Assembly: GCA_977016875.1 (NCBI GenBank)
Contig: CDRNST010000006.1
Location: 6,758,001 to 6,822,000, forward strand
Direction of reading: 5' to 3'
DNA length: 64,000 nucleotides
From: Pavona decussata
Lineage: Eukaryota
Made by a program: the position numbers and the translations under genes. Positions 35,891 through 47,689 of the stretch are shown piece by piece. The notes below the pieces were generated by a model. It saw only the letters and a program-made list of their open reading frames with translations. It made no database searches and was not told the origin of the DNA. Each line of letters begins with the position of its first letter. Positions within the stretch are counted from its first letter, which is position 1.

Positions 35891-38800
35891 TGCCAGAGAA
35901 AGAGAAGTCCCACCAGTGTAGTGGTTGCCTGGAGTTTGATTGCCGTAAACAGTTGCTACAGTGTTCAGCCTGCCAGTCTGTTCGATATTGTTCTGAGCAT
36001 TGTCAAAAGGTTCATTGGCCAAAACATTAAGTGTTATGCAAAGCAATCAAAGAGCTCTCTGAGAGAGAATTTTCTAAAGAAAAGGGGTTAGGAGATGCAC
36101 AAGATAGAGATGTGTACAGTAGTCATACCACTCCCAGGCAACAGGAGCGCATAGTTAGGCTGGTGGGAAGGAAGTGTCTAGTGGATTGTTACCTGGAGGA
36201 TAAGCCTACAGACGTTTTATGGGACACAGGAGCCCAAGTATCAATTGTTTCAGAAGATTTCCTGCAGAGCCAACTACCAACAGTTCAAACAAGGGATATT
36301 AAACAATTACTTGGGACAGATGGGTCCATAAGTTTGCAAGCAGCAAATGGAACAGATATCCCTTACTGTGGGTGGGTAGAGATTGGTGTGAGGTTGACAA
36401 ATGGAAACGAGACAGAGATAAGGGTTCCATTTTTGGTAACAAAGGAGAACATTGAGCAGCCCGTCATTGGTTTTAATGTTATAGAGTTGATGGTCAGAAA
36501 CACTGAAGATAATGAAGATGATGTGTTGCTGGAACGGATGTTGAGAAGCTTCAAAGTGAGTAAAAGTGGTGACCTGCAAGCATTGATAAGCCTAATTCGT
36601 ACTACTAACTCTGGTGAACTCTGTCTAGTTAAATCCACAAAGAAGCCACACACTGTCCCTGCAGGAGAGACTGTTCACTTACCTTGCCGTGCTAATACTG
36701 GACCAATCCACCGTAAGACTCCTGTCATTTTTGAGCCAGACGAGTTGGCTACCTGGTCTTCGGGATTGGCAGTACATGAATCCCTTACCACCGTAAAGGA
36801 GGGCGATGCAACCATCTTCTCAGTCCCAGTGACCAACAACACAAACCATGACATCACTTTACCTGGAAGAGTTGTCCTGGGACGCCTTCATCTTGTCCGG
36901 TCAGTGACTCCTGTCGAAGTCAGGTTTAAACATCCTGAGACACCAACCCCATGTGCTGGATCGTTTTGTAAACAACATACATCTGCTGAGCAAATTGAGA
37001 GAAACTTGTCTTGGTTACCTGAAGTTGATTTGAGTGGATTATCAGCAGAACAAAAGGAGCATGCGAAACAGTTGTTGGTTGAAGAAGCAGATGTATTTGT
37101 GACAAGTGATGATGACGTCGGCTGCATTTCCGAGTTGGAGATGGATATCAGGTTGACTAGTGACCAACCAGTACAGAAGAACTACATTTCCATACCCCGT
37201 CCACTCTATCCCGAAGTTAAAGGTTACATTGAGGACTTGCTTAACCGTGGTTTCATTCGGAAGTCCAGATCTCCATTCTCAAGAAGTGTTGTCTGTGTTC
37301 GTGAAAAAGATGGTGAGATGAGGTTGTGAATAGATTACAGAGAATCGAATAAGAAAACAGTGCCAGATCGGCATCCCATCCCTCGGATCCAGGAAGCCTT
37401 AGATAGTCTCGGGGGCAAATCATGGTTCAGTGTTTTGGATCAGGGAAAAGCGTACCATCAGGGATTCATTGGAGAGAAAAGTCAACCGTTGACTGCGTTT
37501 GTTACGCCCTGGGGATTATACGAATGGGTGCGTATACCATTCGGACTCATGAATGCTCCAGCAAATTTTCAAAGATTTATGGAGAACTGTCTTGGGCAGC
37601 TGCGTGATGAGATATGCATCCCTTACTTGGACGATGTAATTGTATTCTCGGGAACATTTTCTGAACATATTGAGCATCTGCGTAAAGTTCTTCGTCGGTT
37701 GAAGAGTTATGGTGTGAAGCTTAAGCCCAGAAAGTGTAACTTGTTCAAGCGGGAAGTGTCCTTCCTTGGAAGAGTGATTTCTCAAGACGGGTATCGGATA
37801 GATCCGAAAGCTACAAATGCAGTGACTGCGATGAAGGATTTAAAGCCGCAAACAGTTGGAGAAGTTAGAAGAATTACGGGCCTACTTGGAGTTTACCGCC
37901 GTCACATCAAAAACTTTGCACAAACAGCAAAACCCATTTATGATCTCCTCAATCATGACCTACCAAAGAAAAAGAATACTAACCCAATCAGACAGAACCC
38001 AAGGCTGCGCAGTGGACAGTTACCATCTTCATCACCAGTAGAGTGGGGACCCAGTCAACAGTCAGCATTGGATGTCCTGATAGACAAAATAACTTCACCC
38101 CCTTTGCTGGCATATCCAGATTATGATGCACCTTTTATTGTACACACCGATGCGTCACAGGATGGCTTGGGGGCTGTCTTGTACCAAAAGCAGAATGGTA
38201 CTACCCGAGTAATTGCATATGCATCCAGGACTCTGACCCCATGTGAACAAAATTACCACATGCATTCTGGCAAGCTGGAATTTTTAGCCTTGAAATGGTC
38301 AGTGACAGAACAATTCAGGGACTATCTCTACTACGCTCCTGAATTTGTAGTATACACGGACAACAACCCCTTAACTTATGTGTTAACATCTGCCAAGCTA
38401 AACGCCACAGGATTGAGATGGGTCGGAGAGCTTGCTGACTTTAACTTCGAAATACGGTACCGACCAGGCAAGTTGAATGTTGATGCAGATAGTCTTTCCC
38501 GATTACCCAGTGACTTCAAGACCTACATGGACAGTTGTACTGAAAAGGTAACCCCTGAAAGCTTGCACGCCTCAGCCCAAGTGTTATCAAGTGGTGACAA
38601 TGTCTGGATTGCAGCACTGACTGATAAAGAAGAGGAGCTCCATGTTGACCCTCTGTCCCAAGCATCTGGTAACCAAGTAAGAGTGGTGGATTTAGTGAAA
38701 GCACAGAATGAAGACCCTTACATTGGGCGTGTCCTTAAATTGATCAAAGCAAAACACAAACCGACAGTTGCAGAAAAGCACTCAGAATCACCTTTGGTTC

Positions 38801-40631
38801 GTAAGTTACTGAATGAGTGGCATAAACTTCACGTGAACAGAAAGAGTGGAGTACTTTATCGTAACCAGCAGGTTGTTCTTCCACAGAAATTTCGTCGCAC
38901 CGTTTATCGCGAACTCCATGAAGAGATGGGCCACCTTGGTGTTGAGAGGGTACTAGCTCTAGCCCGTGAGAGATTTTATTGGCCACACATGAGGAGAGAC
39001 ATTGAAAACTTTATCCATCACACGTGCCGCTGCCTGAAACAAAGACGCCCAAATCTACCAACGAGAGAACCATTACAACCAATTCTAACAACCGCTCCTC
39101 TTCAGATGGTTTCTATCGACTTTGTACATCTCGAGCGAAGCTCAGGGGGCCATGAATATATCCTAGTTGTTGTTGACCATTTCAACAAATATGCACAAGC
39201 GTACCCGACGAGAAATAAAACTGCTGTTACTGCTGCAGACAAGATCTTCAATGATTTCATCCCACGCTTTGGTTTCCCAGAGAAACTCCACCACGATATG
39301 GGGGGCGAATTTGAGAACCGGTTGTTCAAAAGGCTGGAGGAACTCTCTGGAGTAATGCATTCGAGAACGACTCCGTACCGTCCACAGGGGAATGGTCTGG
39401 TGGAAAGAATGAACCGTACACTTCTCAGCATGCTGCGTACCCTACCGGAAACCCACAAGTCTTGCTGGAAGGACCATATTAACAAACTCATTCACGCATA
39501 TAACTGCACTGTTCACGAGTCAACCGGTTATTCTCCATTTTTCCTGTTATTTGGTCGCAGCCCTCGTCTGCCAATCGATGTAATCGTTGACCTCGAGGTG
39601 GAGACAGGAGCCAAATCACATGCTGAGTATGTTACCAAATGGAAATCTGCCATGCAAGAAGCTTACTCACTCGCATCACAATCTGCCAGGAAGAATGCCA
39701 TGAGGGGAAAAAAAATTATGACAAACGAGTGCGATCATCAGCACTGCAAGTGGGAGACCGTGTCCTTGTACGCAACCTTACTCCTCGTGGCGGGCCTGGC
39801 AAGCTCCGCGCTTTCTGGGAAGACCAAATCCATATAGTTGTTGCAAGAAAAGGGGAGGGAAGCCCGGTGTACGACGTGAGACCAGAATCAAGCCAACGAC
39901 CCACCCGCACTCTACATCGAAACCTCTTACTCCCTTGTGATTATTTACCAGGCAAACCCTGGGAGGACCTCCCTCCCGTAAAGAAGACGAAAACAGCAGC
40001 ACCCTATCATTGTGATGATGTCCAACCACTGGTACAAGAAGGGAACGAAAGTGACAGTGAAGATGAATTTCCAGACGTTTCATGCTTGAATCTTTCACCA
40101 GGACACGATGGAAATGACCGAACACAGATACAGCTAGAGTCTACAAGTAAAGACGAGCCAGAACCAGATTTCACGGATGTTCATTCTGGTGAGGTGTCAA
40201 GTGAAATGGGGCCGGAAGCTAACATTGCTGGTACTCCTGGCGAAGCACAGCTAACACGAGACTCTCAAGCAGTCGATGGAGAGAGGGACGAGCGAGAGGA
40301 TGTTAGCAAATCAGACCGACCTCAACGTCTTAGACAGGCACCTAAACGGTTTACTTATGACAGTCCTGGGGAACCAACTTATGTGCGACAGGTTAAGGTT
40401 GATCCATATGTAGGAATACAGCAGGGTGGGATACCAACACTGCCAACGCCCTACATACCTGAATTCCCAGTGAACCAGTACTGTACGTTGTCACCAGCCT
40501 GTAACTATATTTCTCCACCAGAACCGCCCATGTTTTGGAACATGAATATGATGATGCCTTGTATGCCCTATCCAATGGTACCACAGTTGCCACAATGGGG
40601 AGCACCTTATCAGTCATTTCAGTGCAGATGA
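35848..40631 (+). pseudogene. pol: Pol polyprotein (MYND finger, protease, RT, RNase H, integrase), disabled
   Basis: LWDTGAQVS protease; YLDD RT; DAS and YTDNNPL RNase H; HHCC plus DDE integrase. In-frame TAA at 36028-36030, TGA at 37327-37329 and a frameshift at the A-run ~39708-39715. Confidence 0.93.
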
Positions 40632-40951
40632 GCAGATAAACAGTTTTTGTCTATCACATTGTTTAAAAAAAAAAATCGAGTTTTCTTAAGTGTATTCAAT
40701 TCTGACATTCATTCTGTGAATGCTGTAGGAACTGTCTGAAGATGGTCATTGTGCTACAGAATCTTGAACACTAGTTTGGACAGATGAACTGAGAGATGTT
40801 ACGTGGCCTGTAAGGAGCTGGGCCTGATCAACCCACTCCAGGATTTAAGAAGCAAGGAATCCTAAACAAAAAAGGCCACTTTCGTAAAGTTTTGTTCTGT
40901 ATTGCATGCCAAATGTTGTCAAATGTCACGGATGACATTTCTTTTCAAGTT

Positions 40952-40960
40952 AGGGGAGAG
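40952..40960 (+). promoter_or_regulatory. Polypurine tract
   Basis: AGGGGAGAG immediately before the 3' LTR. Confidence 0.8.
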
Positions 40961-41166
40961 TGTTAGGTATAGGAACTATAAGTACGCGCCTCTCAAGGGA
41001 CTGGACACGAGATGTGTCGTCAAGACGACAAGTGACGTAAGGAGAAGCCATGTGCGTGCTCGAGAAGCAAAAAGACTCGCGTTGTGAAAATGAGTTGTGA
41101 AACCGTATTTTAATATCGTAAATACTCTTGGAAAACACCAAACAGTGTGGATTTTCTTGTGTAACA
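40961..41166 (+). repeat. 3' LTR
   Basis: Direct repeat of 33976-34181, followed by TSD ATTG. Confidence 0.97.
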
Positions 41167-42068
41167 ATTGCATGAAAGAAATAATTTTTTCAGCTATAAA
41201 TAAACCCGGCATCAGACAGTGAAGTTTACCTCGCATCCCAGAGTAAGAACTCGTTTGTGCCGTCTGTGCTCAGCAACTGCTGCAAGTGCCTAGAAGAAGA
41301 TGAAAAACGATTTTAATCTTGGGCAGTTCAATAGTGATGATCATTTTCTTGTAGTTAAACTCAGTCACTGGATTTTGTCCATCGTATAACTGAGATCCTG
41401 AGATTCCTGTGATTTTGTAGGTATGAAAACGGTAAACGGCGTGAGTAATTATAATTATTTCTTGATCATGCGGCGTTACTTCCTCAAATAGGCCAAATAA
41501 AACGGTCATTTCCTTCCTTTACGCCTTAGTTCCATGCATCGCTCGCCGGTTTGAATCTCGTGCTCAATTTCAAAATGTTGAACTCGGTGATAATTTGGCA
41601 GATATAAAACTAAGAAGGATCGTTCCATTAATAGTTTTGTGTCACAAACAAATCACTCACGAGAAAAGAGATGCCAATAAAAGCCGCGATCGCCTTAAAT
41701 GTCATCGTTAGCTCTCCTTGAAATACCGTTTCGAATTTAGTTCAAAGAACAAAAAAAGGATTTGGAAGGTTCTTTGCTGACCAAAGATCTCGTCAACAAG
41801 CGAGCAGGCTAGGCTATGTGTTACAAATATGCTACGTATACCAAACTATGCTAAATAAATCGAAAACTTAACCTGTTTCGTGAAGACGAAGACAGCTGTG
41901 ACAATCAAATCTTTGTCTTTCTATTTTTTCTGTAAATTATTAGAAGTTTATTAACCCGTATTCAAGAGCTTCATACGCTAATATTAACAGATAATAGGGT
42001 AAAATAGTTGAGAAGTTACAAGTTGAATGCTAGGTTTACAAAAGGAAAGTCTATAGGTAATAACTTAA

Positions 42069-43451
42069 AGGGAGAGTTTCACGGTTCGGCGCATGTGCGA
42101 GCGATAACGTAAGCGCTGTCAAACCAATTGTTTTTGGACAAATTAGAAGCGAGTACACAACACCGGCGGGATACGGCGGGCAAGTCTCATAACTTGCTGG
42201 CATAAAAATAAAACTGACCGGCCAGTGTTTCGGTCACGTTTCAGAAAGAAACAAAAAGGCTGTTCATGTAAAAAACATGGGGATTTTTGCAGCGCCGCTT
42301 CGTTTATGAACCATGACATTCAAGAAATGCCAGAACTTTTGCGAACGTATACGGTTTTATTTTAGTACAATGTCGATATCTCGCGGCATCGACCTTTTCT
42401 CATTATGCGCGGTTCGAAAAGCCGAGAAGCTCCCTCAAACTTACATTCTTAAATCCAGTATTTCATCAGCATTCAGTGATAAACTTACTATAGTGTGTAC
42501 GCTCGATAGCCTGATTTTATTAGACCAGCGAGAAGGCGAAGAACGAGAAATCCGCAAGCTTCAAGAAGCGATGCGACCGTTTAGTAACAACAACACTGAG
42601 CGTCCTTCCGAGATGCTGGAATGCATTTGAGAAAACTCTGCCATGGTGGCAAATCAAAACTGCGTTTGCCATTCGCAATGACAATAATTTTATAAATAAA
42701 TGAATACCTTACAATAGATTTTGTAGTTTGCCGCAAATCTTTTGGATTTTTTTTGCTACTGCCCGCTATTCGAGCCCGCTAATAGACGACAACAACTAAC
42801 TCGCACATTTGATCTCATATTTATTCGCTTCGCGTCCCAGTGTTGTACAATTTCTTCCATCCAAAGCAAAACACTGATGTTTGATGCTGTTTGTCCGTCG
42901 ATTTCTCCGTTTTTGACAGTTGACTTCCATATGAACAAACAGTACGATTGAAATCTAGAAAATCCTCGCGAGTTCATCAAAAGCCAGTTGGTGACCTTTG
43001 CCATTTCCGGCGAAAGCAGATGTGCCGCGAAATCGTTGTCTATTTTAAACAGACTTATCTCTTTACCAATTTTCCACGTTTGGTGGATGCATCTTGTTAA
43101 CCACACAGGATTTCTACATCCACTCCACTCTATCCGCTTTAACTTCTGTGCTTCCAGAGAGTCCACAGAACATCCCGTCGCCGGTCGGCCGCGACGTCTC
43201 CTTTCCGATCCATCAACAAAAATGTCGTTTTTGGATGCTTAAACACTTTTAACCTTACAAAAATCGAACTTATATTTACAACAGGAAACAAAGATTATAA
43301 AAAGTGAAGAACGAAGAGCGGATGATCCAAATTCGGGTGCGATTTCAACAGATTGTTCCACCACAAGCTCGCATCGAATTTAGTGTCGACCCGTACAATT
43401 TCTTTTTGAGCCGGTCTGCTCGCGCATGCGCTTGACCGTGAAACTCGGCCT
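42069..43451. mobile_element. Non-autonomous Kolobok-like element (1383 bp)
   Basis: TTAA|AGGGAGAGTTTCACGG ... CCGTGAAACTCGGCCT|TTAA, with ~34-bp imperfect TIRs. Absent at the paralogous site ~49538. Confidence 0.85.
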
Positions 43452-44231
43452 TTAATTAAATGTAAAATGTGATAGGAAAAAATTACTGCGGGAGGGAGGG
43501 GGGCGACTTAATTATTTTCCGATAACTTATCTTGACCGGTGTCTCGCTGCCACTGGATTGCTTGAAAGCGGCCTGGATTGAAAATTGACTCTTTTGTGGA
43601 AACATTAAGAAACAAATTTATTTAATGGGAAATGACTCAGAGATAATTTCGCTACCCTATAAGATTCAATTTAAGGAAAGTTAAGGGCAGCAGGATAAAT
43701 ATCAGAACTTTGGCGAAAACATTTCACGTGAGTTCATGCGTGATCAATCATGTGTATGAAGATCGCCGGCACTGATTTGTCTGCAACATTTTAGACCAGT
43801 TAAGGAAACAATTGGCGCACAAAGCTGTTAGAGACAACTTGTCAATTTCAATGTAAACTTCCGCAAGGCAGTGTTCAAAGTTGTATTGTTTAGTCACTAA
43901 ACCGAAAAATATATGCATGGAGGCATCTTGCGCAGTTTCTTGAATTGTATGCAGCAAATATTTCAGCCAGCGGTGTGATGTGTGTTGGCGTATAGCGTAT
44001 TTAAAACAGTTACTTGAGCGTTGTGCTCCAAGAGAAAGAAAAAAAAACATCAATTGATCCTACAGACATGGTGGATTGTTTACCCGAGAATACCTACAGC
44101 GGAAATCTTTAAGACATAATATTAATTCACGTCGGTAATAAATTGAAATATCCATTATTTGAGACCTCAGTCGCTTTAAGAGTCCTACACTCAACCTTTG
44201 ACTTTCGCTAAAATAAGTTTTGGAAGTAAGC

Positions 44232-44725
44232 TGAAGGGGCCAACGCAATATTTTGTTTTTGTTCTTTAATGCCAAATATCCGTTAATAACAGAAAGAAAA
44301 CGATGCGGTAAACGTTGCGATGATTAATCGGATGCGATAATCGATGCGGTTGCTACTAAAATTGAAGAAAATATAAGTTACTACAGCAAAAAGGGCGAAC
44401 ACTGAAAATAGACAAGTACATAGAAATAACAAAATAAGCAGAAATGAAGAGCTAAAGTGATACTTACAAACGTTATATGGCCTTTGATAACGGACAAAAG
44501 GGGCGATTTAGTAAACGCAAGAACCTAAAACTGTATTCTACAAAGAACAAAGCGAGAATGAATAAAAAAGCAAAGGCGCGAATTTATACTGATTAACTAC
44601 GGAACAATAGACGAAGTTATGCAGAAAAAACTAACAGAATAATATTGAAAACGACATACAAGTGTGACACAAAAAATGTTTCCTTAAAACAGAGGAGCTC
44701 GTTTAAAAAGAATGCGGCCACAACA
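44232..44725 (-). mobile_element. Solo-LTR-like repeat (paralog at 50481-50996)
   Basis: Ends GAATGCGGCCACAACA (minus strand TGTTGTGGCCGCATTC) and shares blocks with 18623-19069 (ATACTTACAAACGTT, TTATGCAGA..CTAACAGAAT). The left boundary and TSD are uncertain. Confidence 0.5.
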
Positions 44726-45959
44726 TCATCATTTCATTTGCCATCGGATTCCAATACAAGTAGCGTACTTTGTGCCACGTTTGACCTAATTCAAAATGGC
44801 GGCCAATCAGTCACGTGAGAGAGCTTGCATTCAATCATGATTCCCTCTAAGAAGCTTCTGCAATGCGAAAAGCGCGCTCACCAAACCCACGAGCTATTAA
44901 GTCGGACATCTAGGCGAGTTTGCGGAATTAGGATATGGCTAATACAACATGCATTTTATAGTTGAAGTCAATCACATGGTTATAATCTGGTTAAGTCTAG
45001 TTTTCAACAACGACGCAAGCGAAAGCGCAACGATTTATTTTTCAGCACAAGCACAAGTCATGAGACACAAGCTCCAGAGTAAAGCTGGTGCTGTTCAGTG
45101 TGTTTTAATGAACTCTTGGTGTTAATTGTGCTTGTGCCTGTTGGTCGGTAGTGAATTTAATGAAACAAACTTCATCTCTTCGATATCGTTTTAGTCTATA
45201 TTGAACCAACATGACTATTCCTTCCGGTCATTTTATGAGTAAACGGAATTTCCGATCAGAACAGGGTCAAGGCTTAAACTATTTACTGCTGGGAACTCTC
45301 GGCACAGATGGATGTCTTCTGAGACAGCGAAGGCACCTTCTAAAATTCCTGTTACTTTGCGTATTCCAGCTATGATTGAGTTCCTTTATGATGAAAGTCA
45401 GACCCCTCAATTAAATTTTCCTTTGACAGGAAACGTATCAGTCCCCATAGACTTAATAAAAAACCTTATAAATCGCTCAGGTGTTGCGTTCAACAATACA
45501 TTAATGAAAATGTCAGGTTGTGTAGCTTACATAATCTGCAGCACACAGATCACATGAGAATAAGCATACCACGCACTGTTGTTTTACGATTTGAGACTTG
45601 ATTTCTTTCTCGTGCTAGTCTTTCGCCGGCGATACTGGTTGTAGGGTGAGTCCAATCTTGTGACTTAGATCTCACATTTGCCTTTAAACCGTATTGGGTA
45701 AAGTTTGAACCTTAAAAGGAAGGCTGATTCTGATCGCTTTGCTTTCTTCAGTTCAGTTTTTTCGACAAAGTATTCTGGAGAAAGTTGTTGATGGTGTAGT
45801 TTATTAGGCCCACAGGATAGTCAAGCCGCGCACAGATAGAACGTAATCTGGTGCATTCTTGGTTGAAAGCTTCAGTTGTAGACTAAGGTATGTGCATTAT
45901 TGATCATTATTTTTAATAGTAAACCTTTCTTTATAGCGTTTATAAGTGTGGCAATGGGA

Positions 45960-46550
45960 GAGATCTTGTAGAGGTGGAAATGTTTCTATTTTTTTGGGAC
46001 AGCAATTACATTATCTGATGTAACTGAAGAAACTATTAAGGCAAGGATGAGAAATGAGCAAGCTGCACTCTTTCGATTGAGATATATTTAAAGAAGCAGT
46101 CAATTCAACAAGAACACTAAGCTAGGATCATTAAGTATAACTCACTAGCTTTACTCTTTTATGGCTGTGAGACATGGCGGATAATTAAAAAAGACGGGGC
46201 AAAGTTAAACGTGTTCTTTCACAGGTGCCTATAATGTATGTCAAACATATATCGGCCAATGAGAGTGGCAAGTGAAAAATTAGACAGCTAGCAAAGATAT
46301 AGGAAATCGGTCAGCAGGTACAAAGGAAGCGGAGGCAGCTGATTGGACATGTGCTAAAGATGAATACAAACAAACACCCAAAAGAAGCGCTCGCTTGGAC
46401 TCTTGAGGGTGTGAATGACGCGAAAAGCCGGACCAAAAGAGACCTGGAGACGGAAGGCTAGAGAGGGAAAGCACAGAGTAAGGTTCCATAGGCTGGTGCA
46501 ATGCAGCCGGGCTTGCACAAAAGACAGAACCCAGGACACAGTCGGAGAGA
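45960..46550 (+). mobile_element. Degenerate RTE-clade LINE 3' fragment
   Basis: Translatable patches TIKARMR..QAA, LLFYGCETWRI, FFHRCL, ALAWTLEG and PKETWRR are typical of the RTE RT C-terminal region. Confidence 0.75.
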
Positions 46551-47689
46551 TATTACAGGTGCTGTTTGTGTCTGTTTTGATTGGCCAGAGCGCATTGCCG
46601 ATAACTTTGGTGTTGGTGCCACGCCACACGCGGTTGAAAACCACTGTACAGTAAGGACAGCACACGGGATTGCTTCTCTTTTCCATATGGTATAAATTTT
46701 CATGGTATAAAAGTGTTAAATATAAAGGCTGTTTTACATGTAAGACGCAGTTGTAAGCAGAAGCACAAGAGCACAAGCAACCTGTTTGTAAATTGACCGA
46801 TGTATCAATGCATCGCCTTTATTAAAATGGTATGAAGCAAGCAAGACCGAAATGGGAAGCACACTGAACAGCGCCCTGGTAGTGTACCAACCTGTGTAAA
46901 CGTGACGAACAAAATATTGTCCTATGGCGCATGCGTTGTTCCTGTTGTCCGTTAGTCCTTTAAAAAGCGGGTAAAGTGGGGTGGGAGAGGGGGGTGTAGT
47001 TTTTAAATATAGGAAGTGGGTAATCCTAAAGGAAGTGACGGAATCGGAGAAAACTAAGGAAAAGAAAAAAACGGAAAGAATGAAAGTATCGCAAAGTACC
47101 CCTCCGAAAATAACTCCACCCAAAGAAAGGCCCCAAATCTCTATTATCTTCGATGATAAACCCAATGGACTTCAGCTGAACCCATGGACTGTTGAGGGTT
47201 TCTGTTAGGCTATTATTTCGTGTTTGACGATAATTTTTGTTCTTCAAGCCCAATCAACTTTCGGTCCTTCAATATGAACACACAAAAATGTTGTGTTGAT
47301 GTTGGTGAGAAGTTAGGGTACTGTAGGTCCTTCCTTAGACACGCTACTGGTCAGTTCTATATGAGGGACATTTCACAAGTACACAATTCTGTGATTAAAA
47401 TAAGTTTCATTTGGCAGTTGCCCGGTAGAAACAAGAAACAAGTTTTCATTCGTCACTCGCATTTTCCATTTTTTTTTTTTCTTTCCTTTGTTTTGTCACT
47501 GTTTTTTGTTTCACTAAACATGATCCATTTCAGACGCTCTGAGATGATTAGCAAAATCTTTATTAATGTATGACCGTCAGACTACATAATTTCGTTTCTT
47601 TATCATCTACGGATCACAGATTGTTCTAAATTAAGTCCGGGGTGAAATGCTGCGACCCCGTTTAACACGCTGTTACATCTGTGAACGCA

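Larger units (their letters stand above)
33976..41166 (+). mobile_element. Full-length Ty3/Gypsy LTR retrotransposon (7191 bp)
   Basis: 206-bp TG...CA LTRs, 4-bp TSD ATTG (33972-33975, 41167-41170), PBS, PPT, gag, and pol in the order PR-RT-RH-IN. Confidence 0.98.
31409..41705 (-). pseudogene. Secreted fibrinogen-related-like protein, copy 3 (hAT insertion in exon 3; Gypsy in intron 2)
   Basis: Exons 41705-41661, 41289-41230 and 33672-31409. Subtracting the 1569-bp hAT element and one 8-bp TSD restores exactly 687 nt. Confidence 0.9.

Noticed and set aside
35885-36030. Stop-codon readthrough between gag and pol, or at TAA 36028
   Set aside because: pol is in the -1 frame with a canonical slippery site. 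The TAA falls inside the MYND motif and is more simply a nonsense mutation.
41270-41509. Conserved ...GTCSSC-TGA frame in all copies, suggesting a CxxC/selenocysteine peptide
   Set aside because: It is an alternate frame across the exon-2 acceptor. The spliced frame (ALAAxAEHRRHKR) fits the splice phases, and the alternate frame is interrupted in copy 1.
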